64,000 nt of DNA, from the NCBI GenBank assembly GCA_024278595.1, contig JAJRSW010000099.1, positions 5,573-69,572 of the forward strand, in the 5' to 3' direction. The notes under the pieces are model-generated. The model saw only the letters and a list, made by a program, of their open reading frames with translations, ran no database searches and was not told where the DNA came from. The position numbers were made by a program, and so were the translations under genes. The stretch is from Fidelibacterota bacterium. GTDB taxonomy: Bacteria > Fidelibacterota > UBA8477 > JABMPR01. Positions 22,418-32,266 of this stretch are shown here, one piece after another (the first letter of the stretch is position 1; every line of letters begins with the position of its first letter).

Positions 22418-25417
22418 CTAAACTCCAATCATAATACTGCCGCCCATGGTCATAACCAGAGCAATTTGAAAACGGGACCAGTCCAACTCCAAGTGATCCG
22501 AGTCCAGTTTGACAGGTGTGTAAATTATTTGGAGGGGGCCTGATTTCCAAACTGGGGAGATACTGCCGATCATCTCCCAATTCTCATCGTTTGGATTGAG
22601 GACCATCCCAATACCGGTTAAGAGATTAAAACTTTCCATTTTGGGTATGTCAACCCTGATCTTAGCCCCCAGTAGACCGGATCCGCTGGGTGTGGTCTGC
22701 AAATCCTCATCGTACAAATAACCAGGGAGTGTATAATAGTTTGGATAGATTATAAGGTGGCCCGGTGTATACCAATCATCATTGCGGGAGAAAATAGTTT
22801 TCTGGCTAAGATCCGGATCAATATCAGTTGAAATATAAAACCGTTCTTGAGCAGGTAGATCTCCATACGAGAAGCCGCCGAACAGGGTGGTCCGAATGGA
22901 ACCTTTCCGGGAATAGCGTTTACGATAGTTAAAATAAGATTGGACCTTAGCGTAGGGCTGGCCTTTGGATTGAACACCCACGAGCCCTCGGGCTTCGAAT
23001 TTCCGAGACCACAAAGTCCTCCGTTTCGATGTTTTGTAGCTGAGGGTTGCTTTGAGGAATTGGTCTGCATCCCATACTTGAGGGTCCAGGTAGCGGAAGG
23101 TTTCATCATTCACCACTACTACCGGATCAGCTAGATCCTGGGCCAGGATCGAAAATTTGATATTTCGATCATCATTAACATAATTATGGTCACGCTTTCG
23201 GAAGTTTGTACTCAGTTCGGCCAATTGATAGTACCAGTCACTGGCCAACCGTGAATGGTAATAGGTCTCCCGACCTGATTGGGGGAAGATCTTCTTGCCA
23301 ACGGAGGCTGTAAATCCAGGAACTTTAGTGATGGGACCGGCGAATACGCGTAGATACCAATCGATCTTCCCCCAGGAGATGAGATTTTTATGATGCAGGA
23401 TCAATCCAGGGGAGATCAGGTCTATTGAATCATACCAGATGTAGGGGATCAGATTGACAACATAGTCAGCCTGGGGATTGATCGCCAGTTGAGCCAGATC
23501 GAAATCGAGCCCCAGTTTTTTATCATTATTGCTGCGGTCGATATCCAGGAGCAACAGATCTGGATCCAATTTCACATTTTGGACCGGGAAATCGGTCTGG
23601 ACTTGGAAGACATCATGATCACCAGTGGGCTGGACCCAGGTCATCTTGCTTTGCTTCGCAGTCTTACCACTTAAACCAATGGGTAGGGGTGGGGCGAAAT
23701 CACCTGAGTTGCTGATTCTGATGGTGGTTTCGTAAGAGCTTCCCCGGGATACTGTATTGTACTCATCCAGCACATAGTCGATCTTGCCGGTTGAGCCCAG
23801 CATATCCTCAAAATACCAGGAGAGGTCCTCACCACTCACTGCTTCAAAAACCCGACGGATATCCTCGGGTTGGGGGTGTTTGTAGGCCCAGTGTCTGAAG
23901 TATTCATGCCAGACTGAATCCATGGTTGCAGCACCCAGATACGCATGCAGAGATTCAGTTGATAGGGCAACTTTTTTGTAAACCATGAGACCATAATTAA
24001 AATCAGAGTAAGCTTCACTATGTAAATTAGGTGCCTGGTCAAGTTGTGGATGGGCACTCATATAATAAGCGAAATCTTCGATGGCGTTTTTGGTCGCATC
24101 TTTGAAAAAATATCTCACTATGGGATACCAGGCAGGTTCTTCATCATGGAGGGCTAACATACTGTCATCCGTATATTTATTTGCCCAGTATTTATTTTCT
24201 GCATAGGAATTGAGGCCCTCATCCATCCAGGGGTAAGCCCGTTCATTGCTGCCGGAAAGTCCGTAGAACCAGTTGTGACCGACCTCATGCATGATGACTG
24301 TCTCCAACATTGGTGGCATATTAGTACTATTGATGAGTGTGATCATGGGATATTCCATGCCACCCCCTGCGGAAAAATCACCATCAACAACTGTGGCGTG
24401 CGCATATGGATATTCCATAAATGAATTTGAATAGAAGGTCAGGGCGTCACTAATGTAGGCGTTTGACAGCCGGTAACTCTTGAGGTTTTTGGGGAGGGCA
24501 AAAGTCCAGGTCTGAGTGGGTTTACCGCTGGAGAGAGTAACCGTATCGAGGAGTACGATAAAGCGTTTGTCAGCAAACCAGGCGAAATCGTGTACGTTTT
24601 CCTGTTTGAATGAGATGGTTTTTAAGGTTGATGAACTGGCAGGTTTCTCATCAATGATGGCTTTCAAACCGGGGAGCTTTGGCTCGGGGTCCATCTGGAA
24701 CGAATCCAGGTAGGTGTTCCCAAACCGGGCCAGGGAATCCCGCCAGACAATCTCAGATGAATCCTGTAAAATACCTGTTGCGGCCACCCGATAATTTTCA
24801 GGTAAGGTGATGGAGACCTCAAAATCACCCCACTCACTATAGAACTCACCCATATCCAGATAGGACATGGGGTGCCAGCCTTTGGCATCATAAACAGCTG
24901 GTTTTGGATACCATTGGGTCAGCTCGTAATGGTGATCAAAATGACCCAGGCGTGACAGGACATTTGGAATCCGAACGGTGAAATCCAGGTCAAAGATCAG
25001 TGTATCACCTGAAGCGAGCGGGTTGTTTAACCGGAATTTGGCCACATCCAGTGTATCCTTGGAACGGTATTCCCATTTCAAGGCTTGATCATTTGCAGAC
25101 ACATTACTGATCTCGATCCAGCCGAATGAGGAATCTGGTAGGAAGTACATTTTGGTTGAGAATTGATTGAATTTTTGTTTGGCCAGGGCAGTTTCATTGT
25201 TCTTGTAGGCATTAGGCCAAAGGTGCATCCAGATAAAATCCAGATCATCCGGGGAGTTATTGATATAGGTGATAGTCTCGGTTCCGGTGACCTGATGCAG
25301 CGAATCGATGAGGGTCACATCCAGATCGTAAATGACCTTTTGCTGCCAATAGTCAGCCATTAATACTCCCGGAAAAAGCAGCAGCGTAAGTGTTAATAGC
25401 TTGATCTTAATTTTCAT
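22418..25417 (-). CDS. Secreted M1-family zinc metallopeptidase (aminopeptidase N-like) with a long C-terminal extension
   Basis: 999 aa. It has an N-terminal signal peptide, the GAMEN-like GGMEYPMIT motif and HEVGHNWFYG (HExxH) followed by a downstream E. Confidence 0.9.
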   Translation of the reverse strand: MKIKIKLLTLTLLLFPGVLMADYWQQKVIYDLDVTLIDSLHQVTGTETITYINNSPDDLDFIWMHLWPNAYKNNETALAKQKFNQFSTKMYFLPDSSFGWIEISNVSANDQALKWEYRSKDTLDVAKFRLNNPLASGDTLIFDLDFTVRIPNVLSRLGHFDHHYELTQWYPKPAVYDAKGWHPMSYLDMGEFYSEWGDFEVSITLPENYRVAATGILQDSSEIVWRDSLARFGNTYLDSFQMDPEPKLPGLKAIIDEKPASSSTLKTISFKQENVHDFAWFADKRFIVLLDTVTLSSGKPTQTWTFALPKNLKSYRLSNAYISDALTFYSNSFMEYPYAHATVVDGDFSAGGGMEYPMITLINSTNMPPMLETVIMHEVGHNWFYGLSGSNERAYPWMDEGLNSYAENKYWANKYTDDSMLALHDEEPAWYPIVRYFFKDATKNAIEDFAYYMSAHPQLDQAPNLHSEAYSDFNYGLMVYKKVALSTESLHAYLGAATMDSVWHEYFRHWAYKHPQPEDIRRVFEAVSGEDLSWYFEDMLGSTGKIDYVLDEYNTVSRGSSYETTIRISNSGDFAPPLPIGLSGKTAKQSKMTWVQPTGDHDVFQVQTDFPVQNVKLDPDLLLLDIDRSNNDKKLGLDFDLAQLAINPQADYVVNLIPYIWYDSIDLISPGLILHHKNLISWGKIDWYLRVFAGPITKVPGFTASVGKKIFPQSGRETYYHSRLASDWYYQLAELSTNFRKRDHNYVNDDRNIKFSILAQDLADPVVVVNDETFRYLDPQVWDADQFLKATLSYKTSKRRTLWSRKFEARGLVGVQSKGQPYAKVQSYFNYRKRYSRKGSIRTTLFGGFSYGDLPAQERFYISTDIDPDLSQKTIFSRNDDWYTPGHLIIYPNYYTLPGYLYDEDLQTTPSGSGLLGAKIRVDIPKMESFNLLTGIGMVLNPNDENWEMIGSISPVWKSGPLQIIYTPVKLDSDHLELDWSRFQIALVMTMGGSIMIGV

Positions 25418-25480
25418 TGGGTCTCCATTATTATTCAGGCATAATTACCCATAAGACCTATGCCAGAATACTGAATACAA

Positions 25481-25663
25481 GACGATCTACCCTGCATTAT
25501 TCATGAATTATTGCCACGAAGACACCAAGCCACGAAGATTATTAAAGTTATGAACAGGGTCATTTTAAACAGAATTATTTGCATCTGTGAGTGATAGTTT
25601 TTACTAAGCATATATTTTTTAGAACTTTGTGCCTTCGTGACTTAGTGGCTATGAATTATTCAG
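25481..25663 (-). repeat. Copy A of a ~175-bp interspersed repeat (family 1). The 'CCTGAATAATTCAT' end faces the cysE start.
   Basis: About 90% identical, in reverse complement, to 36041-36211 and 55706-55883. Shares the core caaataattctgtttaaaatgacc.tgttcataactttaataatc. Confidence 0.85.
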
Positions 25664-25849
25664 GTTAATTTAATCTAACTTTTCATTAAAACATCTTTGA
25701 ACTTGTCATTTGTAAGGCTATATAATTATCATGAGACAATTTACGTCACATAATCGCTATAATGCCTCCATGAGTGCATGTTGTATGGCCTAGGCCAATC
25801 AGCAGCGCATACATAGTTTAAATAACTCCTAAATAAAAGAATTTAATAA

Positions 25850-26683
25850 ATGAATGCCTCATTTGTAAAAATGTTAAAACATATCAATTCCAGCAACTGT
25901 TTAGATGTCCCACCCATCAGGGATACTATCGCCTTCACTGATGATCTAGTCCATCTGCTATTTCCCATCATGGAAAATCATCAGATGGAATTGTCAGAGG
26001 TTCAGCAACAGTTTGAAAGTATGCAGGTGCGACTAAACGTGCTCATGCAACCCCTGAAAATAGACAACGAGTCTCCTGTAGAAAAAATTGTTCAAGATAT
26101 TTTTGAGGAAATTCCACATATGTACCAGATATTGGTAGAGGATGCCAACATCTTTCTAGCATCTGACCCTGCTGCCTGTTGTCTGGAAGAAGTTGTCATT
26201 TGTTACCCGGGTTTCTATGCTCTCACTATTCACCGCCTGGCACATTCACTTTACACTCGGGGTATCCCCTTATTACCTCGCGTGATGAGTGAATATGCCC
26301 ATGGAAAAACAGGCATTGATATTCATCCAGGTGCTCAAATTGGTCGCCGCTGCTATATCGATCATGGTACAGGAATCGTAATTGGTGAAACAGCCGTAGT
26401 CGGAGATAATGTAAAAATCTATCAGGGTGTAACATTGGGAGCCACCTTTGTTGAAAAGCGTTTAAAACATACCAAGCGTCATCCAACCATTGAGGATAAT
26501 GTTATTCTCTATGCTGGAAGCACAATTCTCGGAAAAAGCACGGTTATCGGTCACGATACAATCATTGGCGGAAATGTCTGGCTGACAGAAAGTGTTGCAC
26601 CAAATTCTGTTGTCTATCGCCAGCAGGAATCGGTTATCCGCGATAAAGGGAATGAATCTACCCCAATCAATTGGGTCATATAA
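25850..26683 (+). CDS. cysE: Serine O-acetyltransferase
   Basis: 277 aa. Hexapeptide-repeat region GIDIHPGAQIGRRCYIDHGTGIVIGETAVVGDNVKIYQGVTLG. It lies immediately upstream of cysK. Confidence 0.9.
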   Translation: MNASFVKMLKHINSSNCLDVPPIRDTIAFTDDLVHLLFPIMENHQMELSEVQQQFESMQVRLNVLMQPLKIDNESPVEKIVQDIFEEIPHMYQILVEDANIFLASDPAACCLEEVVICYPGFYALTIHRLAHSLYTRGIPLLPRVMSEYAHGKTGIDIHPGAQIGRRCYIDHGTGIVIGETAVVGDNVKIYQGVTLGATFVEKRLKHTKRHPTIEDNVILYAGSTILGKSTVIGHDTIIGGNVWLTESVAPNSVVYRQQESVIRDKGNESTPINWVI

Positions 26684-26694
26684 GGAGCTGTTAA

Positions 26695-27606
26695 ATGAAA
26701 ATAGATAATATATTGGGAAGCATTGGTAACACCCCCCATCTAAAATTAAATCGACTTTATCCTCAAACGCATGAAGTATGGATCAAATTAGAGCGGGCTA
26801 ATCCCGGAGGAAGCATTAAGGATAGAATTGCCTTAAGCATGGTGGAAGCAGCAGAGAAGGCAGGTGACCTGAAGCCAGGGTCGGTAATTATTGAGCCCAC
26901 CAGCGGCAACACCGGAATTGGACTTGCTATGGTAGCTGCTGTAAAAAACTACCGCGTTATTTTAGTTATGCCTGAATCTATGTCAGTGGAGCGTCGCAAA
27001 CTCATGTCTGCTTATGGTGCTGAATTTGAACTCAGTCCAAAAGAGCAGGGAATGAAAGGAGCGATTGCCAGAGCAGAGGAACTTCAGGCCAATATTCCCA
27101 ATGCCTGGATTCCTGGTCAATTCGAAAACCCCGCCAACCCCCGTATTCACTATGAAACGACTGCCAAAGAAATCCTGGCCGATTTTTCCTCAGGACTGGA
27201 CTATCTCATTACCGGTGTGGGTACTGGAGGACATATTTCAGGTGTTGCCAAGGCGCTAAAGGAAAAACTTCCGTACCTTAAGGTCTTCGCAGTTGAGCCG
27301 GAATTGTCATCTGTAATTGGTGGTGGCAAACCTGGACCACATCCCCTGCAGGGTATCGGTGCTGGATTTATCCCTGACAACCTGGCAGTTGAGTTATTGG
27401 ATGGCAGTATTCAAGTCAGCAAAGAGGAAGCCTTTAATTTCGCTGTCCAGGCAGGTAAGCAGGAAGGTTTATTTTGTGGCATCTCCACTGGAGCGAGCCT
27501 AGCTGCGGTGCATCAGAAACTGGAAAATATTGAACCTGGTGCCACTATTCTTACTTTCTGCTACGACTCAGGAGACCGTTACCTGTCAGTAGAGGATCTG
27601 TACTAA
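26695..27606 (+). CDS. cysK: Cysteine synthase A (O-acetylserine sulfhydrylase)
   Basis: 303 aa. Carries the PLP-lysine motif [14 protein letters not shown] and the glycine loop GTGGHISG. Confidence 0.95.
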   Translation: MKIDNILGSIGNTPHLKLNRLYPQTHEVWIKLERANPGGSIKDRIALSMVEAAEKAGDLKPGSVIIEPTSGNTGIGLAMVAAVKNYRVILVMPESMSVERRKLMSAYGAEFELSPKEQGMKGAIARAEELQANIPNAWIPGQFENPANPRIHYETTAKEILADFSSGLDYLITGVGTGGHISGVAKALKEKLPYLKVFAVEPELSSVIGGGKPGPHPLQGIGAGFIPDNLAVELLDGSIQVSKEEAFNFAVQAGKQEGLFCGISTGASLAAVHQKLENIEPGATILTFCYDSGDRYLSVEDLY

Positions 27607-27635
27607 TTTACAAGCGAGTGTCCAGTCACCCCTGC

Positions 27636-27678
27636 AGTGTGTGAAAAGTCGCAGGTGTTTTTGATTGAGAACAAGTCG
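27636..27678 (+). terminator. Probable intrinsic terminator after cysK
   Basis: Imperfect hairpin cacccctgcag...cgcaggtg followed by tgtttttg. Confidence 0.5.
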
Positions 27679-27823
27679 GATACCGTCAGCAACAAAAAGA
27701 GCATGACCTGTACTCTGCGACGGGTGGCGAGGCTTGGTTGTGTCTATTAAACTGGCACGAGTTAACCGTATTATACCTATCGGTTCAATTGTAAGCTAGA
27801 TTCGCTCTGGTTGGCCAGTCTGC

Positions 27824-28624
27824 CTACAAGCGGTGCTTAAAATGACTGATCTCTCTGATCAGTTGAGGATGCACCTGGGGATTAGCAGCAATAATATGAC
27901 CCAGCTCCAAATCCAATTCTGCACCCAGCGGACCAGATATCGTTCCGCCGGCTTCAGTGACTAATAGTGCTCCAGCAGCGATGTCCCAGGGTTTGAGACT
28001 AAATTCCCAAAGGCCATCCAGGCGTCCACAGGCCAGCCAGGCGATATCTATGGCTGCTGCGCCGGCCCGTCTCAAACCTTGAGTCTTACCATAGATGGAT
28101 GTCCATAATTCCATATTCAGTTTAAAATAATCATCATTAAAATAGGAAAAACCAGTGGCCAGGAGGGAATGGGACAGATCCTCGGTCTTGCTCACATGGA
28201 TCGTTTGACCATTTAGCAAGGCTCCCCGGTTCCGTCCAGCTACAAACAGCTCATCCCGATTGGGGTCATAGATCGCTGCCGCTGTGAGTTGGCCCGCAAA
28301 CTGGATACCCACTGAAACAGCATAGACTGGAAACTTGTGGACAAAATTTGTGGTTCCATCCAGCGGATCGATGATCCAGCAATATTCTGAATCGCTTACG
28401 GCTGACTGGCCCCCTTCTTCTGCCAGGATATTATGGTCAGGATATCTTTTTCGAATTTCTGAAATGATATATTTTTCTGAAGCCTGATCAACCTCGGTGA
28501 CCATGTCGCGGGCACTTTTGTAGGATATGGTCCTTTGGTTGGCACTTAGTTTCTTGATGAGCAACCCAGCCGCTTTGGCAATCTCACCAGCATCGATTAT
28601 CAGTTGGTCGCGGAGTTTGTCCAT
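27824..28624 (-). CDS. Inositol monophosphatase family protein (SuhB/CysQ-like)
   Basis: 266 aa. Carries the IMPase motifs WIIDPLDGTTNF and ...AAGALLVTEAGG. Confidence 0.85.
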   Translation of the reverse strand: MDKLRDQLIIDAGEIAKAAGLLIKKLSANQRTISYKSARDMVTEVDQASEKYIISEIRKRYPDHNILAEEGGQSAVSDSEYCWIIDPLDGTTNFVHKFPVYAVSVGIQFAGQLTAAAIYDPNRDELFVAGRNRGALLNGQTIHVSKTEDLSHSLLATGFSYFNDDYFKLNMELWTSIYGKTQGLRRAGAAAIDIAWLACGRLDGLWEFSLKPWDIAAGALLVTEAGGTISGPLGAELDLELGHIIAANPQVHPQLIREISHFKHRL

Positions 28625-28689
28625 ATAACCTCAAATAAGTTTTTGTTCGCGTCGGCCAGACAGTGATTTAGGTCCATTGCACCCAGCCC

Positions 28690-28765
28690 CAGCGGCTGAG
28701 TTCAGCCAAGCCAGGCACTATGGTGGCAGGGGAGCTGACATTATGGTAAAGCTCAATGTCCTAAC
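28690..28765 (-). promoter_or_regulatory. Conserved ~75-nt leader motif in the 5' UTR of the IMPase-family gene (copy 1 of 2)
   Basis: About 70% identical to 30465-30545. Shared blocks: GCGGCTGAGTTCA, AAGCCA, GGCAC, TGGCAGGGGAGC.GACATT. Contains a perfect hairpin ggctga-gt-tcagcc. Confidence 0.5.
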
Positions 28766-28770
28766 AATTA

Positions 28771-30345
28771 TCATTTATAGGGCACATGCTTCTCAGCGAA
28801 GTATTCATTGGTCATGGTCTTGAGTTTACGCGACAAAAGGATAATAGCCAGCAAGTTTGGCAAGGTCATAAATCCCAGCGCAGCATCTCCAAATTTCCAG
28901 ACGGCATCCAAGCCAGCAATTCCTCCCAGGAAAACGAAGAAAACATAGACATAGCGATAGGGCATGATAGCCTTGGCTCCAAACAGATATTCTGTGGAGC
29001 GGTCACCATAAAAAGACCAACTGATGGCTGTTGATAAGGCAAATAGGAGAATAGAGACGGTGATGATCTTATCACCCCAACTAATCAGCCAACTCAACCC
29101 TTCCTTAAAGGCGTAGGAGGTTAGCAGGCTGCTATTCATCAGCTCTTGTCCCTCAAAAACGCCAGCGGCAATGATGGAATCAGCCAGAGTTACATCCTGG
29201 ACCGTGATCCGGACAAAGAATTCTGTGTGTTCCCAGGCACCTGTGGAGATGATGGCCAGCCCCGTAAGCGTACAGATCAAAATGGTGTCAATAAATGGCC
29301 CCAACATAGCTACTGCACCTTCACGTACCGGATAATTGGTCTTGGCGGTCGAATGGGCGATAGCTGCACTTCCCTGACCGGCTTCATTAGAGTATAGTCC
29401 CCGTTTGATACCATGGAGCATGACCAGCAGGACGCCGCTACCTACACCACCAGCCATGGCCGGCGGGTTGATCGCCATGGTGAAGATCAGGCCAAAAGAT
29501 TCTCCCAGCTTGTCAAAATTGGCGAGGAGGATAAGGAGGGCTGCAAAAACGTAGACCCCAGCCATGATAGGTGCCAGATAACCAGTTACCTTGCCAATTC
29601 GCTTGATGCCGCCAATAATGACCATCCCTACCAGGAAGGCCATGATCAGACCATTCATGATCTGTTGAATGGACACTTCAAAGCCCTCAAAGATCAGGTG
29701 TTTTAGGGTAAGCCAATGGGTGGTGCCGACGACCTGGGTTACTTCCGAATAGATCTGATCCGACACCGTAAATGATTGGATGGCATTTCCGGTCGCCATG
29801 GAACAGATCACTGTAAAAGCGGCGAAAGCAACGGCCAGCCAACGCCAATTCTGCCCGAGACCATTTTCAATGGTATACATGGGACCACCGGCGGTGTTAC
29901 CATTTACATCCATTTCGCGGTATTTCACGGCCAGGGTGCTTTCAGCAAATTTGAGAGTTGTCCCAAAGAAGGCTGTGATCCACATCCAGAGCAGGGCACC
30001 GGGACCCCCATAATAAAGTGCGATGGCCACACCAGCGATATTACCAATTCCTACTGTGGCAGACAGAGCTGTTGTCAGCGCCCTGAAATGGTTCAGATCC
30101 CCCTCATCATCTGGATTATCATAGATGCCCATGGTGACCTGGACGCCGTGCCAGAAGCGTTTGATCTGGGGAAATCCCAGATAAATAGAGATGTAGATCC
30201 CAGTTCCCACCAGAGCCAGGACCATAAATGGAACTGCTCTTGCGGAGGGAAAAGACCAGATCGCATCAAAGAAATCAATCCCGAATGAATACAGGAAAAA
30301 GGCAATAAGTGCAAATGCAAGTATACCGGCAGTAGATCGTTTCAT
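28771..30345 (-). CDS. Amino-acid carrier protein (AGCS family Na+/alanine-glycine symporter)
   Basis: 524 aa with about 11 TM segments. AGCS signature ...YYGGPGALLWMWITAFFG... Confidence 0.9.
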   Translation of the reverse strand: MKRSTAGILAFALIAFFLYSFGIDFFDAIWSFPSARAVPFMVLALVGTGIYISIYLGFPQIKRFWHGVQVTMGIYDNPDDEGDLNHFRALTTALSATVGIGNIAGVAIALYYGGPGALLWMWITAFFGTTLKFAESTLAVKYREMDVNGNTAGGPMYTIENGLGQNWRWLAVAFAAFTVICSMATGNAIQSFTVSDQIYSEVTQVVGTTHWLTLKHLIFEGFEVSIQQIMNGLIMAFLVGMVIIGGIKRIGKVTGYLAPIMAGVYVFAALLILLANFDKLGESFGLIFTMAINPPAMAGGVGSGVLLVMLHGIKRGLYSNEAGQGSAAIAHSTAKTNYPVREGAVAMLGPFIDTILICTLTGLAIISTGAWEHTEFFVRITVQDVTLADSIIAAGVFEGQELMNSSLLTSYAFKEGLSWLISWGDKIITVSILLFALSTAISWSFYGDRSTEYLFGAKAIMPYRYVYVFFVFLGGIAGLDAVWKFGDAALGFMTLPNLLAIILLSRKLKTMTNEYFAEKHVPYK

Positions 30346-30431
30346 GAAAAACCCTTCTGTGAATCAAATGTAGTAGAATTACGTGGGCTTATTTTAAAGC
30401 TGATGTGAGCTGGAAAAAGGAAAAATTTATA

Positions 30432-30560
30432 TCAATTGTAGTTCTGGCGAGTCAGGCTCAATGCATTTTTACCCCGGCGGCTGAGTTCACCGAAGCCAAT
30501 GGGTGCACTGGCAGGGGAGCGGACATTGCGGTGAGGCTTCGCCTTTCATGCGACGCCCTG
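30432..30560 (-). promoter_or_regulatory. Conserved leader motif (copy 2) in the 5' UTR of the AGCS transporter gene, enclosed by a long-range stem
   Basis: Core 30465-30545 is homologous to 28690-28765. The flanking inverted repeats ctggcgagtcaggc (30432-30445) and gcctgactggccag (30546-30560) can pair. There is also an internal stem ccgaagcc/ggcttcg. Confidence 0.5.
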
Positions 30561-30582
30561 ACTGGCCAGGCTCAGTGTCCTT

Positions 30583-31911
30583 TTATCTGATCAAATTAAG
30601 TTTAATGACTGATTCCCCTGAGGCAGTGCTCAAAACGGCAAGGTAGATGCCGCTGGGTGCTAATTGACCAGAGCTATGGGTGCCGTTCCATTGAAGTTTG
30701 TATTTTCCCTGGTCCAACTTCGAATTCAGGAGGGCCTTCACCAACTGACCCTGAACATTATAAATCCTCAATGCTGTCTGACCGGCTACATTCAACTTAA
30801 AAGGAATGCTGGTACTGGGATTAAAAGGGTTGGGGTAGGCGTTACCCAGAATCATTGACACAGGTAACTCAGGCTCATCGGACAGTGCAACCACGTCGGG
30901 GTTATAGTAGACAAAGTCTCCCGGAAGGGCACCCACATTGAAACTACCCAATTCCTGTCCATTTATTGAAAATACCTGAACCAGATCCGGTGCAACAAAG
31001 TCACTGGATCCAATAATAAGGTGATCATTGAGCGCAACAAAAGCGTACATATTGGAGAAATCTCCCATACTGGCAGATGTATTGATATCAAGATCGTCAT
31101 TGAGCAATACCAGTGTATTGCCATAGGGGCGGTAGGGAGTACCGTTAACAATTTGGATATCCGCTGTGTAGTTCGTGTAGTAGCCATGATCCACTGCCAG
31201 GATGTCACCAGTGAGGAGATCGATCCGTGAAGTTCCAGAAAAAGTCTCCCAGGCATCGTTATAGTAAAGGGATGTAACGAACAGGTCATTCTCGGTTAGA
31301 GCCATGGAACCGGGACCATCAATGACTTGGTAACTCTCCACGACTGAGGGTTCCGGAGCACTTATATCCAACTGCAGAACTTGATTATTGGCTGTCCAAT
31401 CCAGGTGCATGGTCATGGAGACGAAAAGTTTATCATCATCGATCAACAGTTGCTCAGGGAGTCCGCCTAACAGGCAGGTATCAACCACTGTATCAGTGCT
31501 GAGATCAATGATCAGCAATCCTGCTAAATTCCAACTACTGACAAAAGCACGCGCCATTGAAGGCTGAACTGCCATGTAACGCGGGCTGGTGTTAGGAACA
31601 TCAATATCGCCCACATGGGTCGGTCCGTTTTCAAGGTTCAGAACCCGGATCTCATGGGAGTTGTTCATGATAATATATAATTTGTGTCCGTAGAGTGTGA
31701 GCGACTGCCCCACATCACCCAAAGGATTGGTACTGGTGTTCCAGACCAAAGGACCTTCTGTGCCGGATAAGTCATCATTGATGGACCACAACGCTGAGTT
31801 TGCCTGACCGTAATTTCCTTCGCAGAGCGTATAGTATTCTCCGGCCACGACTGGAGTTGTAATTAGCATGAGGATTAGTGTTGCCATTAGCATGGGGCTT
31901 GTTGATTTCAA
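30583..31911 (-). CDS. Secreted beta-propeller-like protein with a C-terminal T9SS type-A sorting domain (Por secretion tail)
   Basis: 442 aa. It has a signal peptide. The C-terminus YPNPFNPSTSIPF...IYNVQGQLV...WNG...SGIYLAVL...IKLNLIR matches the T9SS C-terminal domain consensus. Confidence 0.85.
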   Translation of the reverse strand: MKSTSPMLMATLILMLITTPVVAGEYYTLCEGNYGQANSALWSINDDLSGTEGPLVWNTSTNPLGDVGQSLTLYGHKLYIIMNNSHEIRVLNLENGPTHVGDIDVPNTSPRYMAVQPSMARAFVSSWNLAGLLIIDLSTDTVVDTCLLGGLPEQLLIDDDKLFVSMTMHLDWTANNQVLQLDISAPEPSVVESYQVIDGPGSMALTENDLFVTSLYYNDAWETFSGTSRIDLLTGDILAVDHGYYTNYTADIQIVNGTPYRPYGNTLVLLNDDLDINTSASMGDFSNMYAFVALNDHLIIGSSDFVAPDLVQVFSINGQELGSFNVGALPGDFVYYNPDVVALSDEPELPVSMILGNAYPNPFNPSTSIPFKLNVAGQTALRIYNVQGQLVKALLNSKLDQGKYKLQWNGTHSSGQLAPSGIYLAVLSTASGESVIKLNLIR

Positions 31912-32004
31912 TTTGGGGTTCCTTTGGTAAGTTTATGAGTTCTGTGGTTGTGGGGTCGGTTTGGTGATGCTGACTTATAACCCGTTGGTTCCTGATATTC
32001 AAAA

Positions 32005-32245
32005 TTGACGCCCCCGCAGAAAGTCCCTCTCGCAGAGGCCGCAGAGCGTTGCATTGAGTCCTTCGCTGAGCTCAGGAACCGCCCTTCGACAGAGCTCAGG
32101 GACCGCCCTTCGACAGAGCTCAGGGACCGCCTGTCGAAATGACGCAGAGTGTTGTTATTTATAGGTTTAGGCGTATTTGACATAAGTAATTGTATTTATT
32201 ATACATAGAGCATATTCCGTGCTTTTCCAAATACTTTTTGCGAGG
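32005..32245 (+). repeat. Family-2 MITE-like element (copy 1) carrying three 24-bp tandem units
   Basis: Left TIR ttgacgcccccgcagaaagtccctct. Internal tandem array gctgagctcaggaaccgcccttcg / acagagctcagggaccgcccttcg / acagagctcagggaccgcctgtcg. An AT-rich arm follows, then a degenerate right TIR ctttttgcgagg. Homologous copies lie at 40179, 43514 and 45078. Confidence 0.85.
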
Positions 32246-32266
32246 TCATCACAATTACCCCCAACA

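Noticed and set aside
30346-30600. Glycine riboswitch upstream of the AGCS Na+/alanine symporter
   Set aside because: This is the expected regulator for the gene family. However, neither strand shows the GGAGAG...ACCGAAGGAGCAA...CUCAGGC...GGACAG consensus. Only a chance CACCGAAG on the wrong strand is present. I kept it as an unknown conserved leader motif instead.
32070-32141. Possible CRISPR array (24-bp tandem repeats here and at 43625-43731 and 45337-45384)
   Set aside because: The units are directly adjacent with no spacers, and they sit inside a TIR-bounded element. This is a minisatellite, not a CRISPR.
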